Below are positions 23,933 through 37,778 of a stretch of DNA of 64,000 bases, in pieces; positions within the stretch are counted from its first letter, which is position 1, and each line of letters opens with the position of its first letter. This DNA comes from Bispira polyomma (taxonomy: Eukaryota), in NCBI GenBank assembly GCA_965649765.1, contig OZ287752.1, forward strand, positions 35,898,001 through 35,962,000. The letters are read 5' to 3'. Under the pieces are notes generated by a model. It was not told the DNA's origin, made no database searches, and worked only from the letters and a program-made list of their open reading frames with translations. The position numbers and the translations under genes were made by a program.

Positions 23933-25048
23933 ATGCAGAGGGACTATGCATTGGGGACCAATAACCAGTCATTAACTTACCATGTGTCTGTCTTTCCAAC
24001 GGTTTCTTTCAGCAATGATTCCATGACAACTCCAATTACTGCCAGTGGCAATAATACAACAGAAGGCAAAGAGGAGGAGCAGAGGGCTTTGGCAGAAATC
24101 ATTGTGGTTGGTTCTATCTTGATGCTCTTGGTCCTGGTGACCATACTGGGCAACCTTCTGGTATGTGTGGTAATCTGGTCCAATCGCAGACTACAGAACC
24201 CCACCAACTACTTCATCCTCTCCCTTAGCCTCTCAGACCTCTCTCTTGGCATATTGGTGCTGCCTTTTAGTACAATCAACAGTATCCTTAATACCTGGCC
24301 ACTCGGACCCGTCTTCTGCAACATCTACAACTCCTTCGACGTCATGCTCTGTACCGTGTCCATACTTAACCTCTTCGCCATCAGTCTGGACCGGTATTAT
24401 GCCGTCACCTACCCCCTGCGCTACGTGCAGCGTGTCAACTCACAACGGGTTTTCTGGGTCTGCATGGGTATATGGATATTCGCCTTCATCTTGGCATTCA
24501 TACCCATTCACCTGGGCTGGAACACCCCTGAAGGGTCGGTGCAGAACTTCAAGAACCCTCGGCAGTGCATGTTCCTGGTAAATGCGGTATACGTCTTACT
24601 GATCTCCATAGGGACCTACTTCATACCACTGATCATCATGTGTACAGTTTATACCAAAGTTTTCTACATAGCCAAGAAACAGGTGAAGAACATCAACAAA
24701 ATGACTCAGATTGGAAACCACCTGCACAATGGGAACTCCAATTCTAAAAGAGATCAAAGACTGGCCAGCGATACCAAGGCTACATTTACGCTAGCCTCTG
24801 TTGTGACTGCTTTCGCTATGTGCTGGGTTCCATACTTTATCGTCTTTACCATCAAACCTTTTATGTCTGGTCCAATCAGTCCGCACCTTGATCTTTTTGT
24901 ATTGTGGCTGGGCTATGTAAATAGCCTTCTCAATCCCTTTCTGTACGCATTCCATAACACAGAATTCAGATACGCTTTCATGATGGTACTGTGTAAAAAG
25001 ATGGCAGAGAAATATAAAGACAGATACTCAGATGCATCTTATGTGTAG
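23933..25048 (+). CDS. Class A aminergic GPCR, histamine H2 receptor-like, intronless CDS (371 aa; alternative start MTTP)
   Basis: Seven hydrophobic segments; GNLLV, SLSLSD, DVMLCTVSILNLFAISLDRY (Asp3.32), IHLGWN, CWVPYF, LWLGYVNSLLNPFLY; DVMLCT, IHLGWN and LWLGY are characteristic of vertebrate HRH2. Confidence 0.92.
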   Translation: MQRDYALGTNNQSLTYHVSVFPTVSFSNDSMTTPITASGNNTTEGKEEEQRALAEIIVVGSILMLLVLVTILGNLLVCVVIWSNRRLQNPTNYFILSLSLSDLSLGILVLPFSTINSILNTWPLGPVFCNIYNSFDVMLCTVSILNLFAISLDRYYAVTYPLRYVQRVNSQRVFWVCMGIWIFAFILAFIPIHLGWNTPEGSVQNFKNPRQCMFLVNAVYVLLISIGTYFIPLIIMCTVYTKVFYIAKKQVKNINKMTQIGNHLHNGNSNSKRDQRLASDTKATFTLASVVTAFAMCWVPYFIVFTIKPFMSGPISPHLDLFVLWLGYVNSLLNPFLYAFHNTEFRYAFMMVLCKKMAEKYKDRYSDASYV

Positions 25049-27364
25049 CAATGTCTAAGGTGGAATTTAATATTTTTTTTTATATATATATATAAATATA
25101 TATATATTTAAATGTGTCAAAAAATTAAGTTTTAACGACAGTCTGCATGGAGAAATTGGCTTTACACAGCCTAACTTATAAAAGACATATAGAGATTTGA
25201 AAGTATTTATTGAGAGGAATTTGTTTCATGTGATGGTTTAAATTATACTTTAGAATGCCCAAGCTTAAAATTTTTAGATAAATATTGTCTTGAATAATTA
25301 TAAATTACACAAAATTATGATATTTAAGTTTACATCCATCTGTTTTTCCACATTATCTCATATTATTTATAATTGTAGAAATAATTGTTTTCTTTCTTTC
25401 TTCAGAATCTTGCTTACATTAATCTACAAAATTGTAGGGCCCATGTTGTGACATTTTGAGTTGATTTTAAACCATGTTTGTTTAAACTAACTTCGTCGCA
25501 TTTAAATTTATTGTTTCACTTGAATGATATCTACCTTAACATTTGTAATGTCATATCTGGAAGCGAGAGCCAGTGAAGGAGACATATTACCAGGAGCATC
25601 ATGATTTCCGAATATGAATGTACTGTGTTGGTAAATGTCACACTGTAATTGCCTAACCTGTATGTACACATTTTATATATCTTTATATCTCCCTATATAA
25701 CTGTGTTAACAGGAACTGATATTTTTTTTACAAATATGATAGATATATTATTGTAAAGAGTAAATAAATAGCTATTTACCTAAAAAAAATTTTTAGGGTA
25801 TATTTATGACCACATATCAATGGATATCTATTTCACCAAATTGGAAGTTATGTCACAAAGACTTGGCTAGCATTCAACAAGCTTAACTCTCTCGCGACTG
25901 TGCGAACTAGTCCAAAACATAGCATAGAGATCCAAATAGTGTACAGGCACACAAACCAGTTGTTATTGTATGGGATTTGTGGATTTGTATTGTTTTATTG
26001 ACAATTCTAGACATAAATGGAATATAATCTATATCTTTAATTTATTTGGAGACACAGTAGTGAGTAACTTGTTTACTTATATCAAAAATATGAATTGCTT
26101 GGGATTTTTGACAACAATATCAATGTGTAATATTTCTATATTGATGTGATAAATTAAACATATTTTACTTTTTCAGAACAGAGCTTTTATAACTTAAATG
26201 ATATTTTCCTTAAGCGAAAACTTTTTTGCCATCACAGTAAACTATTATAGTTAAGCCATGTCCATTTAATTTGTGCAAAAAGAATATTCCTGTATCTTAG
26301 TATATCATGATATTAAAATCATTTTGGTTTCGATATCGATCTCATCACACATAAAGCATTCTTTGCCATGTTTACAGTCAAACGTAAGAGAGACTTATTC
26401 TGAACAAAACAACCACTGATCCATAAATACTCATTGATCAAATTACTTCTTCAAGCTATAATCTGTATCAAACAAACCTCTGTGACCATGTGATGATCTG
26501 GTGATATGTCTTTGTCAAAGTTGTCCTCATTATTCAATATTAATTAATGTTTTTAAATGAAAAATAATATTATAATTTTATTATTATGAAGGTCAACTAT
26601 GATATCGTCACTGTATTGTTAATATTATTACATTGTTAATGTTATGTTTGTTAAAGGACACATGTAAAGAGATATTGTTGTGATGGTTTATTTACAGGGT
26701 ATTTGAATCATGCCAAAAATGTAGAATAAAATAAAGGTATTTTTACATTGACAACCAAAACATGAGACACTATATTTTATCTCTTATAAAAGTGGTAATC
26801 AGATGATAAAGTTTTGTATCAGTTTTGCATGAGATAAGACCGTTGTATTGGATAGAGAATGAAGTCCAAAAATATTCTGCCAAATATTCAGTGTACTTCA
26901 CTTCGAATGTGAAAGTTTGACAAACTTTAAATAGTGGATCAATGGACGTAATAAGACTAATGAACGTTATTTTTACATTGTTATTATTTAAAAAATACAT
27001 TCACAGCTCTATAAAATAAAGAAGTGATTGAAATAAGACTTGTTCTACTTGTTTACTTTGTCTACTGTACTTTTGAAATCATGTAATTAAGAATCTTTTA
27101 CAAATCCAAAAGAAAACCTACTACTTTGGAAGGAAATGCCAAGCGAGGTCTTGTTAAAGCATTCTCGTTGACATTTTACCCCTTGTTCAAATTCTTGGGA
27201 AGATTGTTTTTTGGTTATTGCCTTACCAAACTTGTAGTACCCTGGAATGTTTTTATTCCAGGTCAACCCAATTTCCCCGGCTGAAATTCCCAATTAACTC
27301 GGTGGAGAATATCACAAATTGATATTAAATATCTGGTAAGGGAATTTTCTTTAAGATACCTCAT

Positions 27365-27500
27365 TAGGACCTCGGAGATATAAACTGGTAACACTCTCAC
27401 CTCCCACCTCTGCAGTCATGGGTTTGATTCTCAGCCATGGAATGTCTTTGGGGAGGATGATAGAACACTTGTTAAAGATCAAACAGTTTGCATTACCAAC
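27365..27500 (+). mobile_element. SINE fragment
   Basis: ggtaacactctcacctcccacctctgcagtcatgggtttgattctc resembles the heads at 4840 and 49550. Confidence 0.45.
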
Positions 27501-28697
27501 ACCTTGACCAACTACACATTGCTGCTTTCTAATACAAATAAACTGCCGGTTGCAACACAATATATAGTTGTTGAAATTGACATTTAATAGAAACTCATTA
27601 ATTAAAAACAATAAAATCAGATACCTCATTTTAATTCAATATTTATGTGACACTTGTGACCAAACAAAGCCACTGTGAGATTGAGAGTTGCCATAAATAA
27701 AGCACAAAAGTGGTGAGCATGACACACTCATCTGTTATATAAATAGTCAAGGCTTTAGTTTGAAGTAAAGTCATAATTTGATACCATTTACTTAAGAGGA
27801 GGAACATTATTATTATCATTTTCACAGGAAAATGCATATTACTGTACAAATAACTTTACAAATAAGACAATTATAAATGTTATTGGGATCAGGGTATTTT
27901 AATGATCTCAGATGAGATCTGTTCCGGTCCCTTCAGAAACAACCTAATTGTGGTAAACAATTGTGTATCTTTGGTGTATTACCATGACAGTACGTACCTA
28001 TAAGTACACCCACTAACCAATTTACCTAAATATATCTATTAATCCCTGTTGTTTCAACGATGACAGTAAACCTACAAGTACACCTACTTACCTATAAGTA
28101 TATGAATTTATCATTTGGCAATCATGTCGACGTACAGCTGAATCAATATGGTTTCACTCACTAACAGTGACTGAATAAATTGCTAAAAACATTAAGGACT
28201 CAATAAATTCAAATTATTTAAGGATAATGAGACAAACTTTGGAATAAAAATATAGTAGAATCGATAAAAATATTGTTAAAATGTGTTTATCAACTTTTTT
28301 TCTGCCTGGTCATAAGAAAAAAACAGTAGTAGGTTATGCGAAATGATACTCTAATAAATGCACCTTTATTATCTTTTACATGTTTAGAAAGCAAGATTTT
28401 GTTGGATAATAGAAAGGGGCTTTTTATTATAAAACAAATAGGCCTAACATAAATTTGGGAGAGTGAAAATGAGTTTATAAAATACAATATTTGGGATAAT
28501 AGAGGTTCTACTGTACTAACAGGCCTTCATGTCATGTCATGTATAATCAAAGGTCAAATCTACATATAAAGATCTCAAACTTTTAAACCAACAACTTGAC
28601 TTCATATACCTGTAACAGTTTTATATTAAAATACGCCAAGCACCTTCTTTACTTCAACTCATTTAGGTAAGGAATACAGGTTAGACTTAAAATAAAC

Positions 28698-28823
28698 AGT
28701 AGTAGAATAGCTTTGTAGTTTATTTGGAGATATTATACAAAGACATTATACAAACCAATAAAGTAATAAAGTAGTAGAATAGCTTTGTAGTTTATTCGGA
28801 GACATTATACAAAGACATTATAC
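28698..28823. repeat. Direct duplication, 72-bp period
   Basis: agtagtagaatagctttgtagtttattYggagaYattatacaaagacattatac at 28698 and 28770. Confidence 0.9.
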
Positions 28824-31039
28824 CAAACATTTTCGTTGAGCACAGTTTCCAAACAGTTTCCACACAAAAAACTACAAACATTTTGTACTCAACGTAAATG
28901 CTGTAATCTATTCGGCTGTTTGTTTCAGGATTACATATTATCGCTAACGTATTTGCTTGAAGCTACAAAATTCAGTGAATTGAGCTCAACAAAGACTTAA
29001 AAGGTGCTTAACGGAAATCGCAACTGGAATACTGCATATGTGTGCACAGGCGTGTTAAATCTGACACTAATTATTCAGACATATCTTCACACCAAGAGGT
29101 GAGAAATCAGGAGGTAATGTTCACTTGACCAGACTGTGATCTGTAGCATTACGAAGAGGTTAGTTTACCAAATACCTTTTTGATAATAAAAAAACACAAC
29201 TATTAGAATACGTGGAACAAATGGAACATACTATAACCTAATTATGATTTAAACATATTTTATTGGACAATTGGAGAATATTTATATATTCTAATGTAAA
29301 TTACTGTTTTTTAGCATCTGAAGATACTGAAGTGCACAAAACGTTTAACATATAATTTAATTCACACCCTTTATAGTCTCTCATCAATATTCCCTGCTTT
29401 TACAAAATTATTATTATCATACATTCTGTATACATAGTTTTCGACGAGCTTTTTAAACATAATTGCATTACTCAAAAGTAAATCTGAAGTAACACTTAAC
29501 TTTGAACGCATCAGGTTAACTCTATTGCATACAGATGCTGTACTAGCATCAATTACTAACTTTACACATAGAGAGATTACAGGATTGGTATGACTTACAG
29601 TGTTGCAGAAAAATTTGATAAATCTACTGATTTTTTGAAGGTTTATTAGTACATCACAACATATAAGTGGTACTAATTTAGAATATGTTTTACCAGAAAT
29701 AGGCATGAATTGTCTGATAGATTTTGTACATTAAAACAAACAACCTCTCTATTTCTTTTCTGTCTAAATCTCATAAATGATGCTTTACATTATGAATAAT
29801 ACATTTATGATATCTCGATCTTATCCCATTACATCCTTTTATATTCATGCCACATCAGACATTTTCGAACCCTAAGGTGGTCTTAGTTTTGTTGTTGTTT
29901 AAAGTCTAAGATTTTGGCTGAAGGTTTTAACCAAAAAAAAAAAAAAATAGAATTTTTGTTATAGTCCTAATGACATTAAGAATATGGCATATACATCATG
30001 TTAACTGTATACTTAGTATTAGACAACTAAATAAACACTTAAAGGCCTTTTGTGAATACAGACCCAGGGTTGTAATTCAACACAGGTAAAATGGTGTTTT
30101 TACCAGTTTTTGACAGATATACAGATACCTTATTACTTGCTCATCATGTCCTCATTTAGTGTATAGGAAACTTATAAGGCTTAGTGTAAAACCTACGTCT
30201 CATATACACAAATGGCTGTTACAAAACTATCACAGATTTATCCATGATGATTAGTCGTGCTACTGGGTGATAAATCTTTCAGAATATTTCAGAAACGTTT
30301 CAAAAAGTAAGGATTAAGAGCTCTTTCACAAAAGTTTGACACTGTTCAAAAATAGTGTCATGGATCTGCACTCTGTTATGGGTTGAGGTGCGGTTTCCCA
30401 ATTATATTGGGATTTATTTGAAAACCTTTCTCAACAGGGACACTCTGTATGAGATTGTTGTGGTTTGTTTCACCTTAGTGACAGCTCATTCTGCGTTGTC
30501 TGTGTAAGTGACACATTAATCGCAGCTCGTGGGTATATAGAATTCAATGCCGCAGTGTGGAACCTGGAACATAGTTTTTGATGTAAAGGTGCAGGTGTTC
30601 TTTAAAAATTTCAATCTGAATTTGTTCTTGGAAAGAGATGGTTTCATGAGCCAGGTTCCGAGGGCAAAAAGCATCATTAGCAATGCTAAAGTATGAATGT
30701 AAATATATGTGAAAGTTTATTGTCTGATATATGGCCTAGTAAGGTATCTAAATTTACAATGTACATACCTAACCTTGGTTTTTCCACTTGTCCTCCAATT
30801 GTTTACTGTGAGCTCCACGAGGAAGACATACTGCCACATACAGTGCAAAGACTAACACACATTAGTGGTCAGGTAGCATTTTAAACACCTAGTGGAATGG
30901 AACAACTAGTTCCAAGGCAACAATCTCCAGGCCTAAAGCAAGATAAGAAACTGGGACCCTCGTATCCATATTCAGACTCTCTAATCACTAGCTCACAGAC
31001 ACATGTGGTATAGCATGTCTCTTTCACCATTGGGAATTG

Positions 31040-31420
31040 GGTTAGGCTGAGGGACATCGATGGTGTCGTCATTAATCATACCTTTGAGGACACAGTCATT
31101 GAAAATCTGATCAGACATTATTGCTGCTAATATCCAGGTAGATAAATTTATAGTCTGCATCCACTAGTTATAGCATTACAAAAGAATGGATGCTCATGTA
31201 GTTAAAATAGAGTAAGCCTCCATTGGGAGGGAACTTCATTCTCACATGCTTGCAATTTAGGGCACCCAAGTTGTGGTGGAAGTTTCTGACTCGAATAAGA
31301 CTCAGTCATTGATTGCCATTCCCTCAGGGTGGTTAACCGATAGATGGCCTCCTTCATGTATTCATCAATGATGGCCTGCAGTATTTCCTTGACAATTCTG
31401 TGGACGGTGTGCAATCCTGA
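31040..31420 (-). pseudogene. Harbinger/PIF DDE transposase remnant (HARBI1-like)
   Basis: Minus-strand translation LGALNCKHVRMKFPPNGGLLYFNYMSIHSFVML*LVDADYKFIYLDI matches the family pattern GAIDGKH..I..P...GS.YFNYK..HSI.L.A.VDA.Y.F...DIG; contains stops. Confidence 0.85.
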
Positions 31421-31440
31421 AAACACATTATCCCAACTTC

Positions 31441-31765
31441 TTATACTTAAAAATTTCTATTCTAAGAATTTTTTTATTCTTATTCTTAGAATAAGAATTT
31501 TCTGAGCTTTTCTTGCACAAAAGAATGCCACGTTTCTTTCTTAACTTAAGTAAGGTCTTGACCATTCTTAGAATCAAAGCTCTTCTCAGAAAACCTTCTA
31601 AGAAAACTTTCTAAGAATAAGCAAAAATTGTAAGTATAAGAATTTGTCTAGGAATAATTGTAAAAGAATTTTTCTTAGAAAAATTCTATGTATAAGAATT
31701 ATTTGAAGGTTGAGAACTTTAGTGAACACAGAAACTTCTTATTCTAAGTATAAGAACTTTAGTGA
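31441..31765. repeat. Subterminal (ttctta/taagaa) repeat region, probably the end of the Harbinger element; continues at 34990-35098
   Basis: Dense direct and inverted ttctaag/taagaa motifs; 29-mer ttcttattYtaagtataagaactttagtg at both 31736 and 35060. Confidence 0.6.
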
Positions 31766-31769
31766 CTAC

Positions 31770-34700
31770 GTCCCCTGGCATGACGGCGACAGCCCCCTCA
31801 GTTCTGGTACCAGGCTACTGGGGGGCCAATTAGGCCACCTGGGGTCAGGAGGACAAGTATACAAGGGTTTGGCGCCAACCAGGCGCCATCATTAAATTTT
31901 ATACATTCTTAAAGAAGGAGTGTTTTTACAATTGGGGCTTTACTACCCTACTTCTGTTTTAAACTTGTCTTTAAAATTGTTTTAAATAAAATTGTACAAT
32001 ACCTAAGAAGGAATACCAGTGTAATGGGTGTTTAGGAAAACATGAACGGTCTGTAGGAAGACCTTGTCGGTTGTACTTAGAGGGCAGCATTGCTGATGAA
32101 GTGACCACAGTTGATCCAGCTCCTTCTGATGACTTGTCTGACTCAGTGTCAGGGCAAATACTACAACAGCTGCAGTCGTTAAACAAGAAAATGGAAAGCA
32201 TGGATCAACGCATCCAGGTCACTGAGGCAGCGCTGTGCTCACCCAGCGCCAGTAAGGCGAGTACAAACCCTTCTTTACCCAGTGTTAATCTTGCTAGTGT
32301 AACTACACCTGTAACTTAAGCCGTGGTTCCCTTGTTAGACTTCCTGCGAACAAATGACCAAATACAGGCTCAGGTTGATCAGTGTTTAGTCCAGTTACAG
32401 CTACTCAATGAATTTACAGGAGGTAAACTGAAATCCCAACGACGCGGTACTGAGGCGCCAATTAAGAAAAGCATTGACTGGCCTTAAAATTTTGTATTGT
32501 CTGGGGCTAAAAAGACTAGGCCCACCTATGATGATTTGTCATAGTTCAATTTATCCCAGGGTTCATCAGATGTGTTCAGGAGCAAAAAACACTGGAAGTG
32601 CAGGAAGCAATGCTTGAATATGTAGCTAATTTGATGGACGATGCTCATGATTTTTCCTGGGAAGCGGCCAAAACGTCTCATGCCATTTTGCTCACTAATA
32701 TGGAGCTTAACAGCCTTAAGTGGATGGATGTAGAAAAAATTTCGTCTGTCGTTTTTTCCGGGAAGGAATCTGTAAATTCAATGCCAGCCACCGTACTTTC
32801 GGTCAATTATTTAAACATTCTTGTGAAAACTGTGAGGACTCACATCAAACCAAGCTATGTAAAAAACCTGTGGTAAAAAACTGAGTGGCCACTGCAATAC
32901 TGCAGTGGGCACAACAAGTCGAGCTGATGTAGTTTATTCTAGAGTGGTTTACAACTCACAGTTTAGGGATTTTTAATTATGTGATAAATTGTGTGATAAA
33001 ATGTGTTTTAAAAATTCTATGTGTGACCAAAATACAAAAAGGTCCTACAAGGACGTGGTGGTAGACAGAAAGAGTGGTAATTCCCAAGTATTTACCAGCA
33101 ATCCTGTGGTGGGCAATAGCGGGAGATATGGCTGTGTTAAATGTAAACAAAAATATGTCAACAAGTTGACAGCTTCTAAAGTAAAGGGACATGTTTTCAA
33201 AAGAAGTGTGAAATGCACACAACAATCTCCCAGTCAGGCCTATACCAAGGGGTTGCATGCCAACAACAATTCAGCCAGTATTGTTTTCCGTTCTGCTTGT
33301 ACCAAAAAAGGTGTGGACTTGGGTAAGGAGGACAATGGAGATGGGGTTGGTGGCTTTAAATTGCCTCTCCATAACAAGTTCTCTGGTTTAGCCTATTGTG
33401 TGGATAATGTGGGTATTGGGGATTGTGTGAAATTTAAATTTAATTGGATATTTAACGTCCACTCTAGTATCTGTTTAGGTTATATTGGGATGGGTAGTTG
33501 GAAACGCTGGAGGAAACACTGCATACAGTTGATCAAGGTTCTGCAGGGGATTGTGTGGAAAGTGTCACATCCATACAGCTTCCAAGCTCAGGTGAAACAA
33601 TAGACTATGTTGACAATGTAAACAAATCTGGGGGGGGGGGGGGGGTGTTTGTTCAAGTAATACCAAGAGGTCAACCCATTGTGACAAAGCAAATAAAACA
33701 GACTTAATTGACTGTGACGATAAGTATGGGTTGGACATGCATAACCACCCTGACAAAAGACAACAATTAAAAAATGCCAAACAATGTGACACTTACAAAT
33801 TGTGGGGCACTCAAAATCAGGAGAAGTTTGGGTTTATTCCATTGACTCAATGGGGCCCCCCAGTTAGTGACAACTCAGGTTACAAGTTGCCTCAACACAC
33901 ATTGACTCTACACCATTGTCTTGCGTTGGATGGGCGCCCTAATTATAGGGGCCTCCAGCTGCCTGTTATAACCCAACTGAATGCCAGTGTGTGGGCAGAC
34001 TACTTGTGGGGTTATTGGGATTGGGAACTCCCTCTACTAATCAAGTTTGGTTTTCCCCTCGACTGTGACAATGCACATGTGTTTAGGTCAGAACTTAAAA
34101 ACCATTCGTCTGCTGTGCAATACCCTGAACATGTGTACTATTATTTGTGGGAAGAGTGTGAGCTAGGTGCTATTTATGGCCCTTTTACTAATCCCCCTGT
34201 TGATCAATTACACACCTCCCCTTTTATGACTTGTGACAAGTCGAGTTTGATTAACCGTAGAGTGATAATAAACCTCAGTTGGCCAGAAGATCATTTGGTT
34301 AACGCTGCAGTATGTCCATCATCCTATTTGAACAAGGAGTTTGTGCTTACTTATCCATCTATAGACACTATAACTAGTCAAGTCATAGTCATGGGTAGGG
34401 CCTCTCTGATTTTCAAAGCAGACATAAGTCACGCCTTTAGACATGTGACCATGAACCCTAAAGATGTCAATTTGTTGGGACTTTATTGGGATGGGTACTA
34501 TGTGGACGGTTCACTCCCCTTCGGATATAAGCATGGCTCAGCCATATTTCAGAAAATTTCTGATAGCATACACTTCATAATGAAAGGCGAAGGTCACCAT
34601 ATCGTAAATTACATCAACGATCTCTTATGTTGTTCTACCCTAAGTCAGAAAAAACTAGTCCCCCCCAGCGACTTGAGTTACTTGTGTGGGCATTGAGATA

Positions 34701-34990
34701 GACACTGTGGAGTTCACCACCTCAATACCGGGGGAAAAACTTAAAAAGATCCAGGCTATGTGTGATAACTGGGTGGGAAAAAAATACTGCACAAAAAAAG
34801 AACTCCAGTCATTGCTGGGTTCACTCTTGTACGTGTCTAAATGTGTTAAATACTCTATTTTTTCTAAAGCGTATGCTTCAACTTCTTAGAAGTAACCACA
34901 AAAATAAGTCATTCAAAGTCTCTTCTGAGTTTCGCCAAGACTTGCACTGGTTTAGGTTGTTTCTCAGAAAGTATAATGGGGTGTCTTACT
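31770..34990 (+). mobile_element. Element B: decayed, 3'-truncated YR retrotransposon related to element C
   Basis: 5' region near-identical to 53628-53790; gag with ATG->ATA at 31999 and stops/deletions; RT fragments WDWELPLLIKFGFPLD, FKADIS, SLPFGY, YIND; ends before RNase H. Confidence 0.92.
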
Positions 34991-37411
34991 TAGTTAAGAA
35001 AATTCTTATTCTATGAATATCAATATTTTTAGAATATAAAACTTTCTAAGTGTAAGTGATTCTTATTTTAAGTATAAGAACTTTAGTGTATACAGGCCAT
35101 GGCCATCACTAAATATTTAAAGGCTTTTTTAAAATTTTTGTTGTAAAATAGGATTGTCACGTCTCTAATTCACTGAGTTTCAGATTACTGTATTTAAGTG
35201 GAATAAAATTGCACTGACCTAATGATAGGATATTTTTAAAATCACCAAAATGGTTAACAAGAAATAGATCTTGTCTTATTTTTGGCCTAATGAAAATAAT
35301 TTTGTCAGCTCTTCTAGATTAGATTTCATCCTTCAATAAAAGGATAGACTAATTTAATTGTAACTTTATGACCCTTGATACACACGGGGATGTAATGATT
35401 AGGTTTAAAATAGAGACAAATATGTCTGCTTTAGAATGTCAGACAAAAATGTAGCTAATTAGTGTCATTCCATACAAATATAGTAACACATCTGTAACAT
35501 CCTTTGGGAAAATTCCCAGCCTTGAATTAGACTTAGATCAACTGAAATCTTTAAATAAAATTCAATGAAAACTTGCTATAGTAAAACTTATGTATACCCA
35601 TTTATGATTTGAAATGGCTTTATGAAATGTATAATGCCTTAGTAATATTTATCCTGTTTTGTTTTATAACGTTTAAACTTTTTAAATTTCTACTTAGTGA
35701 TAATTAAAGTTAAGTCCGATTTAAATCTTAACTATCTATCAAAAGTAACAGACCAAATCAAACACTATCAAGATAAATGTTTTTTAAAAGTTAACCCTAT
35801 TCTGTATTGATATTAACATAACTGTCATTTGTTTTATCAACTGTTGAAAAGTTAGTAATATTTAATCCTTAATCTGACTAAAGTATCTGCTCATATAAAA
35901 CAACCCCAAATAAATCCAGATCAAATTATCGCGTTTTGACAAACTATTAAGGTTTATTTAATTACTTGACAGTATGCAAGTAGGTATCCTAACTAAGTAC
36001 TGTGGCGTCAGTTAGTATATATATAAAGAAATAAACATGACACATAATATATAAGTTTGCTCAATTGAATAACTGGGCCACCATAAAACTGGGAATATTT
36101 CACACACTACTCATGCACAAGCAGATGTTTAGGTGACAATGGAATATGATAAAAACAGGAACTATGAAAGAAAACACAAAATTTGTTTTTTCTCAAATCA
36201 AAAGGGAACAGGATATGGAGCAATTTCATCTGTATGATATCACGTGAAGGCAATCAAAGATATGTTACTAATTGTGTGGGATATTCCAACAGTTTATATC
36301 ACCTGCTATTTCACATTGTTACTCTTATTTATTTTTTAAAAACATCATCACAAGTTTATATGAATGATTAATGGGCTAACTTCAACATATGGGACTACCT
36401 ATTTTAACAAATACACTTCAGCAATAAACCAGACAGTTTTTAGGAGGACAATAAAGCTAGAGATATATTGGTTTGAGATGTTAAGTAGAAAAAACACACT
36501 ACTTAGTGCAGGAAATGAATACCATTAATACAAGGTCTTATAGTGAAAGGGGGAAAAAACAACTGTTCTAAAGAAGATATCAATTAGTGTGTCACACCAC
36601 TTGGTTTGTGTTTATTTGAAAAGTAACACGATATATTTAATTGAGTCTCACTTGATTTCATTCTATGTCTTCTGTTAAAGCAGGTACTAGTTGTCTCCGG
36701 GTTGTTTATATAATGCATACTCTGGTCCTGTTTGCATGCGCCTCACGGAGAGGTCTTAAATGTCTGGAGCAGTGAGCTTTTATTCTATATTTTTATTTTT
36801 AGGTTAATACAAGTGAAATACATTACAGAAGGCACATAGACAATCACGCCATACATTACCAAAAATATATAATAATAATAACAATCATAAAGAAAAAAGT
36901 TATAAACTTAGATCTATCTTGACCCTTTCGACCACTTTACGCTGGGAACTAAAGGAAAGTTTTCAGGTAATAGGCTAGAGATGGCTGGAATCACTAAAAC
37001 ACCATAGTCTACTTCCAGCATTTAAAAATGGTCTCACATATAATTTTTTAGATGGCGCTCTGCTGCACTAAAAATATCGTAAATTCTATCGTAAGGAACT
37101 GGAGGAAAATAAATTAATATTTTTTGGTTGACGACTCCTTGTCTAAAGACATAGGTTCTGGGAGTAACAAATGCTGTAGACTGTTAGTTGTCAACCTAGG
37201 ATTCGAAAGGGATAACTTAAGATTTGAACTTAGATTTGTTTTAAGCTCAATGTTGTTAAAGTCTGTCTTATGATATTGTGAGTTATGAATGGTACAATTA
37301 GCACTATAGACTACTACTGTTCTTAATGCCCACAACATCAACATCATGAAGAAATTTTTCTGGTCAAAACCTCAGACTTAAAGTCTTTGATTCAAGACTG
37401 AGGCTAGTCTA

Positions 37412-37778
37412 AAGCTTTTGTGAATACCTTCCCTGGTTTGTATGTGTAATTTATTAACACATAAGGCCTTTATCAAAACTTTTGTGAATACCTTTTCTGG
37501 GTTATATGTGCAATTTATTAACACATACGGCCTTTATAAAGCTTTTGTGAATACCTTCCCTTGTTTATATGTGTAATTTATTAACACATAAGGCCTTTAT
37601 TAAGCTTTTGTGAATACCTTTCCTGGTTTTTATGTGTAATTTGTTAACACATAAGGCCTTTATAAAGCTTTTGTGGATACCTTTCCTGGTTTATAAGTGT
37701 AATTAATTAACACATAAGGCCTTTATAAAACTTTTGTGAATACCTTTCCTGGATTATATGTGCACTTTGTTAACACAT
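37412..37778. repeat. 63-bp tandem repeat, ~6 copies
   Basis: cttttgtgRatacc recurs at 37415, 37479, 37542, 37605, 37668 and 37731. Confidence 0.96.

Noticed and set aside
37412-37778. Regularly spaced repeats as a CRISPR array
   Set aside because: Whole units repeat with no unique spacers, there are no cas genes, and the context is eukaryotic
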